A stretch of DNA of 61,583 bases, filler included, from Gonapodya sp. JEL0774 (lineage: Eukaryota), in the NCBI GenBank assembly GCA_027604505.1. It is 11 parts of 11 records of this genome, joined end to end, with 100 filler letters (N's around TTAATTAATTAA, not from the genome) between each part and the next. Parts side by side here need not be neighbours in the genome. Positions count along the whole stretch, not along the records: positions 22,495 to 28,004 come from JADIIX010000710.1; positions 28,105 to 33,611 come from JADIIX010000711.1; positions 33,712 to 39,215 come from JADIIX010000712.1; 8 more parts are not named here. One strand, 5' to 3'. Position numbers and translations under genes: made by a program. Within the stretch, counting starts at the first letter, position 1. The number at the start of each line of letters is the position of its first letter. The notes under the pieces were generated by a model. That model was not told the DNA's origin. It made no database searches and saw only the letters and a program-made list of their open reading frames with translations. This document shows, one piece after another, positions 23,690 through 35,482 of the stretch.

Positions 23690-25634
23690 ACACAGACTGC
23701 AACCTCAACTTCATCTTCCAATTCATATGTTGCAACCTTCTCACCTAGTGCCATCACCTCCACTCTATACCCTTCGGGAATTGACTGGCTTGCTGGACCT
23801 CGGCCCACATGATGTTCGGAGTCACTGTCACTGTTCCTGCACCAACCCTCATCCCATCCCAACGTTCTGCCACAACAGTCGCTCTCTTACAGTGGTTTCG
23901 CAGTATTTGGGGGTGCACAGTTGATGTTGCTGTGAGAGGTGTGGAGAGTAAGAATGGCCGGTGCCGAGAGAGGTCTACCACTGGTGAAGAGGAGGTAGGG
24001 GGAGGAACAGAGTCTAGGTAGATCAGGAGTTGCATGTTAGGAAGTACAGTATTTCTGTTATGGAGGCTGTAATCACAGGGTTTCCTTATAGAAAATGTGC
24101 GCTTCTTGTCAAATGCTTCTATGTTTGGAGGTTTGAGCCATGTAACTGTCCAACCAAAGCTGGGAGTCACCTAGGAGCGGTGGTGTTTCAGATGATAGAC
24201 ACATTACTGTGTTCACAACTTACAATTGATAAGGCCCACTTTCAATTGTGCCTTACTTAACCTCAAATACTTCCCACTCATGGGGAAGACATAGCACCAT
24301 GAGCCTGGACAGGTCCGGCATGCTTACAATGGACAAAGTTCCTCGACTTCAGCGTCCCGTTTCATCTCTAAATCCGCTGACTGTAGCATCTGTGTGTCAT
24401 GAGGATATTCATGGTACCGGACCATGGATTGTAAACGTCAACCAATCTGCACGTACCTTCTTTTTGGGGTTATCTCCAACAGCTTTAGAAACCGATGAGA
24501 TATAAGTCAAAGTACGTAGAGGCACAATACATACCTGCAGTTGGTATCACAAGTCGAAAGTGTTCATTCACTGGAGCTGTCCCAATGTGCTTCTGAAGTG
24601 TCGGACTGATCTTCGCTTCATCCATCAAGATCTTCTCAGCGTTCATAGCCTTGGCAACCTTGACGTACAGCGCAAAATTGTCCTGGATTTTCTGAGTGGA
24701 ACTGAGCAAAGCAAGGACCGTTTGTCCCTTTCCCAATAATTGCTCCCGAAGATCATCCCATTCGCAAAGGTCTGTGAGATATCCCTCAATAGAAAAAGAG
24801 CCATCTTGGACTGGTTTTGTGCAGTCAGTTGAGTAGATGGAGCACAGAATAGACACAGGTGCTGCAAGAAACAAATGCATCAGCTGGAAATGGAAATGAT
24901 TATTGTAAAAACAAGACTACTCCTTTAATAATATCGTCATCCTTATCGGCGTTGTCATCTTCCCCATCTTTGTCAACATACATGTCAAGATTGGGTCTGT
25001 TGCCAGGTGGCTCCAATCCTTGATTTACATCTGCCGCATTGTTCGTGTCACTTGATCCCGCTTTCTCTTATCGGAAATCTTCTTGTCCAATGCCTTCACA
25101 CGTGCAAGAGATATGTGGCTTGCGCCAAGGACTTCCTGAGTGAAGTCCTCAGAGCAATCCTTGTCAAGGTAAATCCTGATGGACTTCTCCCAGTTATAAT
25201 CAAATTCCCTCCCAGATTGAGTTGATCTGCTCAAGTCCCAAGTGCGAATTGTGTTGGCGTTGTTGGCTTTGGGCTCAAATGTAATCATATTGGTTCCTTG
25301 GACTGCACGGCGAGTTCTGGTACCAGGAATTGCGCTTGGACAGCGCCGCGGGTCCACACATGTGGTCATCCCGCATGCCTTCAGGCACCTCCCACATGGG
25401 CAGCAACTCTCTTTGAGAGACGTCATTGGCTGGCAATGCTAAGAGGTGGCGGCAGATGTTGGCACCTCCAATCCACAAATGCGAACACCAATATCACCCA
25501 GCGCGGACTCACAGCAGCAATCCAGTATACAAATCGGGTGATCTCACAGAAAATCGGACGATTCTGTCTTCAGGTTTGAGCTCGATGGTTGCCGCCGTCA
25601 GGATGGGACGAATGCCACCCGCCTTGGAATCCAT
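23690..25634 (-). pseudogene. Disrupted multi-exon gene of unknown function, convergent with the transposase
   Basis: Splice-bounded coding fragments (MDSKAGGIRP..., LMHLFLAAP...RLVIPTA, RTCPGSWCYVFPMSGKYLRL, TVTWLKPPNIEAFDKKR) interrupted by stops and frameshifts. Confidence 0.5.
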
Positions 25635-25999
25635 CGTGGAACCTACCAAATTACAACAGCCTGCGTAATTCAAATGTAATTCTGTTTGATTTAGAGCGAT
25701 TGGGCTTTAAGGGGGGAGATATTGAGAGTTGATGTTGCAATGTATTATGATTGTGCACCAAAAAAATACGCGGCTGTGACTACCATTTTGGTGTTAGCTG
25801 TAATAGAGAATACAATATGGTGTTGAGTCTCGCAAGTTACTTTGTGTTTATTACCTGATCTGATGCACAGTTGAGACGAAGAACAGAACACACCACAAGC
25901 AATCAGACTCACAACAGACAATGAACAATGGGCCCAAATCAACCTCAGGAATGTGAAAATGGCAGTGTCATTGTGGGAATGCCTTCTGACCAGACTTGG

Positions 26000-27200
26000 T
26001 GTCCCCCATCACGAACCAGGCATGTTGAGACCACCAATGAACAAATCAGCAGGTTGCGTACCAGCAAACCCCACTTTCTTTGATGTCAAAAATGAATCAT
26101 ACATTGGGCTCCAGGATGAGTTGGAGATGGGATCAAACATGGACCTTGCAGATTGATGGGAACAGAAATCGAGGGCTCAGAGGATCATTTCTTCATCTTT
26201 GGAGCTCAAACTTGGTACAAACATTCAAACATTGCACATGTACACATCAATGAGCGTACAGAGTTTTGTGTTGAATCAATGAAACTGAAAGAAACGAAAA
26301 TGACACTTGTGTTGAAGCACAATATCATCTCGACGGGATCAATTTCCCAGTTTAACGTATCATTTGCTTGTGCATTAACGCTTTCAGATTGGAATATTGG
26401 GTGCTGAAAATTGGAGTTGCAACTGAGCCAAATTGGAGGCAAGGGAAGGTTGTTTGGGTCTGCTGCTTTGTGATCAAGACACAGCTATAGTTTTGGAATC
26501 TGTAAATGCTTTGAGGGATTGTCCTTCTTATCAAGTGAGCTTCACAATGAAATCTATTGGTATGCAAAGTTTTGCCACGATACAACTGAAACTTATATAG
26601 TGGAAGTGCAGTGTGTCAAAGCACAGTGTGGTGTTGAGCGGGTACAATTCACTTATTCAAACGCACCGTACAGAGAAAGCTTAATCTACTTTCTCCGACA
26701 ACCATAGCACCATCCTCAAATGTGTGCACGAAGTTACCCACGTTCTGTAGTGTAGCTCAATAACTATTGAAGTATGGGTAGAGTTTGGATGTCAAATAGC
26801 TCAACAACGGATAGTGATCAAAGGATGCTGTTAGGCCCATTAGAACCGCCTTGAAGAGTAGATGCGTTTTGGTACTTGAACAATCTCTCTAGCGTTCCTG
26901 GTTGTGGAGTTATGTAGTGAGCAGTTGAGTGTGGGGCGAGAGTGCAGTACTAGTGACCACAGTAGTGCACCGAGACTGAGCGATTGAATAGAATATATAA
27001 CCATTGTACTCTCGAAAGCTCATTACTAACCAATAACGCCAGCACAAAACTGTAAATGACAAACTTGTAGAGAATTTTACGGCCAGTAATTTTGCTCCAT
27101 TAAATACTCCCGAATTTCAACTCCCCCTGGCAATAGAGCCATCCGAAATGTCAAAATCACCCATATCTCAGCATGTGGGGACTACCCAACCATTGTACTG
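26000..27200 (-). pseudogene. Possible heavily decayed protein kinase remnant
   Basis: Fragments DFDISDGSIARGS*...LLAVKF and WEIDP resemble TKL kinase N-lobes; many stops. Confidence 0.25.
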
Positions 27201-27689
27201 AGTCAAAGACGCTGAATCAAGCAAGCCCAGTGAGAATGTGAACAATACAAAACATTGATTCGAGAAGCTTATTCTCCAAGACGCAGGTTTGTACAATTGA
27301 TGTGACACGCAGAAATGAGCACTTGATCCATCATTCTGAGAGTCAGTCTTGCAACCCTTCGAAGACCAAATATTGCTGTGAAAGTTATGTCTGTTGGAGA
27401 GGCTGCTAGCACTCATGTTTTAAATTTGTGCAAAGTTTCACAATGCTAGGAGCAGTACGTCCTGTACCAATGCAGAGTTAGTTTTTGCAGCAGCTGACTC
27501 AAACATCAAAGGCACAATCTCGATTGAGCTGAAATCAGAGCAGTACAGTCCGCACAATTATTGCTTCTCATATGAACAGTGCACAAGATAGTGGATCTGA
27601 TGTCAAAGAATATGAAAGCAGAATACCTCAAGTATAATGTGTTCATCCTCAGGGGGTGTTCTTAAGTGTGACCAAAGAGTGTGATGTGT

Positions 27690-27930
27690 CTGGTCTTGAG
27701 AAGTCACCTCAAGGGGGAGAATATGGTAGAATGTGATGAACAACTGCCTCTCAGATATGTAGAAAAGCAAACTAGATACAAAATTTCAAATGGAGCAGCT
27801 TTCACACATGTCTCAAAGATACAGAATGAAATCAGACAGTGGATTCAAAACGTTTTGAGGAACACTGCTGACATATTACCTAAATCCTTACCTAAGGAAA
27901 CCTTTAAGAAGTACAGGGTGTGAAATTTTG
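27690..27930 (+). mobile_element. Ty1/Copia retrotransposon remnant (RNase H C-terminus)
   Basis: NTADILPKSLPKETFKKYR from 27861 resembles the Copia RNase H end motif NxADIxTKxLxxxxFxxxR. Confidence 0.55.
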
Positions 27931-30900
27931 AGATTATATATGAGAATCCAGCACTCTGCCTCTGTACAGGTTTTGCACTTGGCCCAGTGGTTACATCAAC
28001 AGGTNNNNNNNNNNNNNNNNNNNNNNNNNNNNNNNNNNNNNNNNNNNNTTAATTAATTAANNNNNNNNNNNNNNNNNNNNNNNNNNNNNNNNNNNNNNNN
28101 NNNNTTCTGACCCTGCAATGACAACGAGGTCCATTGGGCAATTTTGCACTGTCGGTTCTACATAACATCATATCTACAAAACCGACCGCCCGTCGACATG
28201 CGAAAATCAATTCATTTCTCGTACGGACGCATTTCTCCTACAAAAAAAAACAGTTTCCACCGACCGTCCCCGCCATTTCTCGTCATCGCAATGTCACCAT
28301 AGATACCTGACTAACACAGTTTCATCCGCAATCCCTGCCGGTCTTTCTTCCTGTCGTTGATCAGTTCAGTCCGTTCACAAACAACTTGAGTGGATGCGAG
28401 AGGGGATAGCTTGCGGTGGCGGCGGTGTTTAGGACATTGTGGTTGCGGGAAACGGCGGTAGTAGAGCAATTACAGAATCGGAGGTGTTACTGTTACCGTG
28501 CATATCTCGGCCCCGTACACTCATCCCTCCTCTCCGTCACGTGCTTTCCACTTTCTCGGGTGATCGAAGATCCGGAAGGTGGACCCTCCATCAGCTCTGC
28601 AACTCGCCATCATGAAGACACGTGCCAGCACTGTCTTTAATCCTGTTTGATTCAGATTTCTGTGTTGCCAGTTTGGCCCCGTTTTGGTGCGCATATCCTG
28701 GTGTCTGATCCGTCAAGCTTGACTTATTGGCCCCAGAACCATCAAATGGTTGAGGTGGTCGGTCAAATACCGAGAATGGTCGGGGAGCAGAGATGAAGGC
28801 CGACACGTCTGGGCGAGAACAGGAGTGAAGATCGGAGCGGTGGCGGGAGTGGGAAACGTGGAGTGACGACGGTGCCAGTCATGGGAGCGGAGTGTCCGTG
28901 GCACTCGCACAATGAACGACGTGAAATCGAGATGGGAATGCTTGGGGGAACAGAGGTGAAGTTGGACGAGTCTTTTGAGGACTGTGGAAAAGGCATTGAT
29001 TGAAGCGGTTGAGAGTGGGAAAGGTGGAGAACGCGGAGAGGAACAAAAATTCGTGTTTCAAATGTTCAAAACGTGCCTCGGCTCGCATAAATATTTTTCG
29101 TCGTATCACGACGCTGACATCCGGAGTGACCGTCGTTGGCTCTTAACTCTGGGTCTCGGTCATCGAATGCAGCACCGGCGGGGAATGTACTGCGTGTAAG
29201 AATGGCTGGACGATATGGAAGCACTGGAGATGTGCGAGTACGCGGTTCGAAAGGGGTGGGGATGGAGGTATCTGAAGTGAGGCAAAGAGGTGGGAGACAG
29301 GTGCGATCGAAGAAAATGAACTGACAAAGAAAATTTGAGAGCGAGTGACTTAGCTATCGTTCCCGGCACCTTTGATCCTCTGTTCATCTCCCGTACGTGG
29401 GATGCCAACTCACCTGAACTCCCGTCATTCCTATCCCGCGTTCCGTTCTCACAGGACCGTCCGAAGCTAATATACTTCGTTCCCGCTGATGCAAATTTAT
29501 CTTCGCCGGATATTATTTGAATTCGACCGTCGTGTCATCGCGTCATTCGCTCGAGCAACTGCTCGTTGAACACCGCACTCACCTCTCGCTTTCCACCGTA
29601 CCGTATTGAGTCTCACCTTAACCACCTCCTCGGCCTAATAGCCACCAGAGCACAAGTGGTGAAGTGACGTTCCGTGGAGCGGTGAGTTGGTCGAGCACAA
29701 GCATGCGACGGGGAGATGAGGAAGGGAGCGGTGGGGACGGGAAGACGTATCGCGATGCGTTGGTGCAAGCAACGAAAGCGAAGTGGAAACTCACGTTCTT
29801 GATTGACTGGTTCACTACAGTGAAGCAGATTAGGTGAAAGGTGGGTGGTTCAAATGCTTACTTGATTGTGTTCGTTGTGTTGGAGAGCGGTGTGAAATGA
29901 GGAGAAGTCAGAGCGTGAGGGGAAACGTAGCAAGTAAAGGTTGAAAGACTCAACGGGGGGGAAGAAAAGTTCTTGTGGCTCTCTTTGGGTCGGGAGAGGT
30001 TGAAGTTGCGGGACGATAAAGCGACGGCCTGGGCACACAAATAAAGAGGCGGGGTATAGGGAAAACAGGAGGAGCGAGCTGTACGAAAATACACGCAAAA
30101 GGGCGTAGATAATGATGCGGGGATGGATACGAGGGCAGAGGATCGACGTCTGTATGCGCTGCCAACTCACCTGCCCGAGACCCAGAAGTTCCACGCTTCC
30201 ATCCACGTCATGCACTCGGGCGACTTCACACCGATGCCAAGAGTGAAGAGGTCAGCACAGCCCCGTCCATTGTTGTCGTCGATGGCTTCAAACAAGGAGT
30301 GACAACGACAGACTATACTTACCGTCCTCTAATTAAACAACGATGAGCTCGTAATTCCGCGTCCGCATGTTTCATCCTCCCCATAGTCGCCCCGTCCCCA
30401 CCTGCAGGTCGTCACCGCCACACTCACTAGGGCCCACCCATCCCGCCGTCGAGCGACATTCTCAATTTTCCAGACCCGGAAATCGCTTTTTCATTCGTGG
30501 TGACGATGGGAGGGATGACAGGTTTCTATGAAACTCACGGAACTATGGGACTACCAACTGCAGTTGATTTGAGGTAAAACCTCACCCTATGGCAGTCCAA
30601 TCCACCAGCAATCCTTCGATCGTTATTTTTGTCGCGCCGCGATGTGGTCCGTTTCCCTCGCCATTGTCCTTTACCGGCCCAAAAAGTGTTGTTTCGAAGA
30701 TTGCAGAGTCCAAACGAACCGGCCGGGGGTTCAGAGCAAAGGGAGAGAGAGAGGAGGGAGCCGAGTGGAATGAACAAAAAGAGAAGTTTCCCGCATTCCA
30801 TACCAAATCCCAAATGTGGGGGTTGTGATTTGATTCCGTTATATGAGACCCGTTCGATACCAAGATTTAGCTGCCCTGGCTGAATGCCCGATAATTGGTT

Positions 30901-33381
30901 TACCATTCGCAGTGCCCGAGTACACAACAGACGTGGATCCATCCATCGATCGGATTCCGTTACGTTGATTGATATCTGGACATCTGGACTTTCTCACCTG
31001 ATCATTCAATTGTCGTATGTCTCATCTGCTTTTTTGTACTTTGCCTCTGGATCGTCGTGTCCTGCTTCTCTCGACACCCCACGCACACTGTCACTCTTCC
31101 TTTACTTCCTCGCGAATCCTTCCGAAAATTTCCTCCACCGACACATAGAGTGATTTTTGTTGGCTTCCACAGTTCAGCTTGACACTCTCATTGGCTTGAA
31201 GAGTGGGCGTGGACCCCAGCGGTTTGACAGCATATCACCCTATCGTTCAAGATGGGGTGGAGATGAGCTTTCCGGTGTTCGAAACTCTTTCCTTTGGGAT
31301 GAGTTTAGATATCTTTCGGTGGCTTGAAGAGTGTACATGGTCGTTTGAGAGCAAGTCATCCAGAATAGGGTGAAGTGCCTTGAGCTGACACATAACACTC
31401 GCCAGCAGCTGAAACGTATCCACTTGATGAGGCTAGCAGGACTCTGCTTCATATAGTCGGTCAATGCCCTGGCGCTACATTAATAATTAGTGTACGCTGG
31501 TGGCCTCGGATGGTGGATGCGTAAGGCATGCAGCTCGCTGACCGATCGAAATGGGAACCTGCCGGTGCTGAATCTATCTGGATATCTATTCCTATCTATT
31601 CTGGTTCGTACATTTATAGTTTTCTTTGCGGGTCTAGTTCATCTGGACTGCCGTTAGCACGACTGAGTGGAGTGCTGTCGCTGGATCATGGTCATTGGTC
31701 ACAAGTGGTAACCTTCTTCTCTGTCGTCTTCAGTGAAGTTGGGGATCAAAGGCAAAAAATGAATGTCTGTCATCTGGGATTTTTGTGGTTCCCAGTTTTT
31801 TGCGGCTCCGAGTTTTTGCTCCTGTGTACGATGTTCTGGACCTGCATTTCTGTCTTTCACACACTCTCTTCCCACTCTCTTCATCCTCCCCAGTCCCCTG
31901 TCTAAAGCCATCCTGATGCAATAAACAAGCAGTACATACTCATGTTGTTGGCCGGCACAATCACTCCAGTGGAGGACGAAAGGTAGGAGAAGCAGTTTGA
32001 GTGCCCGAGTGGGCTGAAAGGGGGCAGAAGGCAGAGCTTAAGAAAACGAAAACAAAGCATAAAGTGCGAGTGGAAAGACTTACCCAGAGGTGTGATCGTG
32101 TTATTGTGATTATCTTCGGACTGGTCCCAGCGAAGTTGCACCAACCTAGCTTCATGAAGGGGGATGATGATGAGAAGATAAGCCTGGATTGCAAATGGGA
32201 ACAAAAGGAAAGTTATATCAAAAACTTAGTGATATGAGGTGGTAGTGGACACGGAGACTAGACGTTCATTCATTGACAGCTCACCTGTGCGCGGGAGCTC
32301 CCAGGAGTTCCACACGTCGACCCATGTCTTGCGCTCGGGTCACCTCCCACCAACGTCCATCGTGATGGGATTGGTGCGGCTTCCGCCCGTCACTGAGCGT
32401 CGATGGCTTCGTTTGGTGTGGGACAAAGTGCTCGATGCAGAAGGTCATACATACAAATCGAGAGAAGCTGATTGAAAACGACACAACATACTTGACGTCC
32501 CCCGATTCCACAGGGAATGAGTTCATCTTTCCGTGTCATCGTGTTTCATCGTCCTTCCATCCTCGCCCGTCCCACCTGCGGATCGTCACCCTCGTAATCA
32601 CTTCCGCCCACCCATCGGCCCGCCGTCAAGCGGCATTCTCCATTCTCCCGACTGAGAAATCGCTTTGTCAATCGCTGTAGTAGTGTTTCAACCGGTGTTG
32701 CAGATCGGAGATGTGTACCGCAGAGGCGGTGCGGGATGAGACGACGAGCGTGGGGACGGAAGAGACTGGGACCGAACGAGGGAGCGATGGAGATGAGAGA
32801 TGAACGGGAGTGCACCAAAATGGTCGAGAGGCAGACGACCTCCTGACCGACGTGGCGACCCATTCCCCACCACAGACCCCGTCCCACTCCCAATCCCACG
32901 CCCCGTATCCGTCCATCCTCCGTGGCGATCCCGCACCTGACTCAGGCGTCTGCGGGACCACCCCAACTGCGTTCTCCAGCACCCCGGACGACAATCGACC
33001 GTGGCCTCTGCGACCCCAATCCCACATTGCCCACCGACTTTCCAGAACCCGCTCTTCCCCAAGCATTCCCCCTGCCTCCCGCCTCCACACTGCCGAGCAA
33101 CACCACCTCCACCTGCCTGGTCACCTTCATGGCCACGTTGCGGATCTGGGGCGACACGTCGGTCAGGGCACTGGAGAGGAGGGGCGAGTGGGGCCAGTGG
33201 CAGGTGGTGTGAGGTGGAGGAGGACGAGGGGTCTATGGGATGAGCATTCCCACCACAAGTAGTCAAGTACCGGTGCGCACCTACTTCCCACAAACTTTTC
33301 TGTCCATCAGGAACCCAGCGGTCCCTCGGTGCCATTGCCGTGCAAGCCGCGGCGCACTGCACAAACTGAGGTGAGAGAGGT

Positions 33382-33570
33382 CAGGGATCGGGAGTCACGC
33401 CATGACGAGCAGCTCGAAAGATCAGGCTCGCTCGATGCTCACCGAGCCGAGCGCGATCTCGAGCTTTAGATTTTAGCATCGAGCATTTTGTATTCGAGCT
33501 CGAGCCGAGCTCGAGCATTGGTACACTCAAGCTCATCCTTTGGGTTCGGCTCGCGAGCAATGCTCGAAGT
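33382..33570. mobile_element. Putative hAT-like transposon terminus with clustered subterminal repeats
   Basis: CAGGGATCGGG (similar to the Ac TIR CAGGGATGAAA) followed by more than 15 CGAGC/GCTCG copies in both orientations; runs into the contig end. Confidence 0.45.
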
Positions 33571-33992
33571 GGACCAGCCACACAAATACATAATCAACCA
33601 ACTCTCTTTCANNNNNNNNNNNNNNNNNNNNNNNNNNNNNNNNNNNNNNNNNNNNTTAATTAATTAANNNNNNNNNNNNNNNNNNNNNNNNNNNNNNNNN
33701 NNNNNNNNNNNATGGAAGATGGGTGGGAGACATGAGAGACATGGAAGGACCGGACAAGTGCGAGTGGTGCTGGGGTGCGGTGGATGCGATGGTCATGGAC
33801 GGTAGGGTTGTGGGTGAATATGTAATGTGCAGACACACCGTCTGGTCCAATACAGTTTGATCCCACAATAAATAAACATTTCATAAATTACTGGAATATC
33901 GTGGCTATCGCAAATTCTGTAATGCATACTGGCGGCTTGAATACCACACCTCGGCTCTTTGAATTGTCCCTCACTTTGCCGCGCCTTCGACA

Positions 33993-34943
33993 TTATTTCC
34001 CCTTGATTTGGGAGACTCGAAGCCTTCGATAAGCTCTTATGTACCTCACAACATCCCCGTGTCCGTTCGCTTCCGCCTCTTTGAGTGCACCCCGCTTGTA
34101 CGGCGAGTTTCCCTCGGAATCACCGCCCTTGTCCAACAGAAACTTGACCATCTCAAGCCCACCGTCATGGCGCACTGCAGCCCAAAGCGCCGAGTCGCCT
34201 TGCGCGTTCACCGACGCCCCACGATCCACCAGCAACTTCGCAACATCCACGTGCCCACGTGCGGCTGCCAAGGTCAGCGGCCCGTCGAACCCGCAATCCA
34301 CATCCGCACCGTGGTCCAGAAGCAGTCGGACCATTTCGACGTTCCCCCTGGTCGAGCACTCGAGGATGGGCGCGAGATGATGTCCGTCCGACAGCGCGCC
34401 CTTGTCCAGCAGCAGCCTCATCACTTCAAGGCTCCCACCCACACAGGCCTGATAGAGTGGGGTTCCCAGCATCTGACCCGCGCCCTGAGCCTTGGCACCC
34501 AGTTCCAGCAGAACGCGCACACTCTCCACGTTGCCCACAGTTGCTGCAGCCGCGAGAGGAGTCATGATGGCGGTCACTCTCGGTGCGGGGTGGACGGATC
34601 GGGTCGCAGTCGGTGCGGTGGCCCAATATCCCGTCAAGGGCACCCCAGGGTCTTCCAAGTTCAGATCCGGAAGCCACTGCACCAATCGCTCGTGTATCGC
34701 CCGTATGACCATGTGTTGACCGGGTTCGGGCCTCGCGGATTCCCAAAGGAGCGTCTCCGTCGGGGTCCGGAAGTGGGCCACAGCACGCGCAGCGATGCTG
34801 TCACGAGCGCGGAAAATCGAGGCCAGAGTCCTGTTGAGGGCGCCGGTCGGCATGCCGAGACGGAACGGCAGGCATTCGCCGATGAGGAGGATCGTTTCGG
34901 GGGGCAGGTCGAGGAGGTTGGGTGGCGCGGATGAATGAGACAT
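33993..34943 (-). CDS. F-box-like + ankyrin-repeat protein (intronless, 316 aa)
   Basis: N-terminal LLDLPPETILLIGECL; 5-6 ankyrin repeats (TPLAAAATVGNVESVRVLLELGA, TPLYQAC, PLTLAAARGHVDVAKLLVDRGASVN). Confidence 0.88.
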   Translation of the reverse strand: MSHSSAPPNLLDLPPETILLIGECLPFRLGMPTGALNRTLASIFRARDSIAARAVAHFRTPTETLLWESARPEPGQHMVIRAIHERLVQWLPDLNLEDPGVPLTGYWATAPTATRSVHPAPRVTAIMTPLAAAATVGNVESVRVLLELGAKAQGAGQMLGTPLYQACVGGSLEVMRLLLDKGALSDGHHLAPILECSTRGNVEMVRLLLDHGADVDCGFDGPLTLAAARGHVDVAKLLVDRGASVNAQGDSALWAAVRHDGGLEMVKFLLDKGGDSEGNSPYKRGALKEAEANGHGDVVRYIRAYRRLRVSQIKGK

Positions 34944-35482
34944 GGATGTATTAACAGTGTCGGGTGTGCTGGTTCAGAGCTCGGGGTTCGGACGTAGGAT
35001 TATCGGGCAGAGTTTCACCTGCAGTATAGAAATCTTATCTTGTAATGTTCTCTCCGAATACAAAGTAGCTTCTCTCGCTTTATTTTATGACTACTCACCC
35101 CAAAGTACTGACTGCGCACGACTACGCATTAGATGAGCTGCGCACTCAGCCGGTATGTTGGATTGGGCACCGACCGCAGTGCCGCGACATCCAACAGGAT
35201 GGACGGCAGAGGAACTGGAAAATGGACCGAGCGGAGAAGGAGTAACGTTGCTGGCAGACAGCCAGATTTTGATTGCGTTGCGGTTGCAAGTGGAATTACG
35301 GCCGCTGCGTCTGTGCCTGCGGTCGTGCACGGTGCAAGACTACCGTTGGCTGACACTCCTTACTCCAGGTTCGATGCGTGGAAATCTTGTACAACGTTGT
35401 GAGAAGAGGCCGTTTGGGAAACACAATACACATTTTCCAACTACGAATGTAATTGAGTTTGCAGCCTACCACAGTCATGTTC

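Noticed and set aside
25705..25730. AAGGGGGGAGATATTG as a Copia polypurine tract and LTR start
   Set aside because: No upstream pol sequence, no canonical TG start and no second LTR.
28105..33360. Many short ORFs in contig 6 (SnoaL-like AIDDNNGRGCADLF fragment, HEAT-like fragment)
   Set aside because: Fragmentary and stop-interrupted; no coherent gene model could be supported.
34008..34934. 308-aa plus-strand ORF
   Set aside because: Antisense shadow of the GC-rich ankyrin gene, with no motifs of its own.
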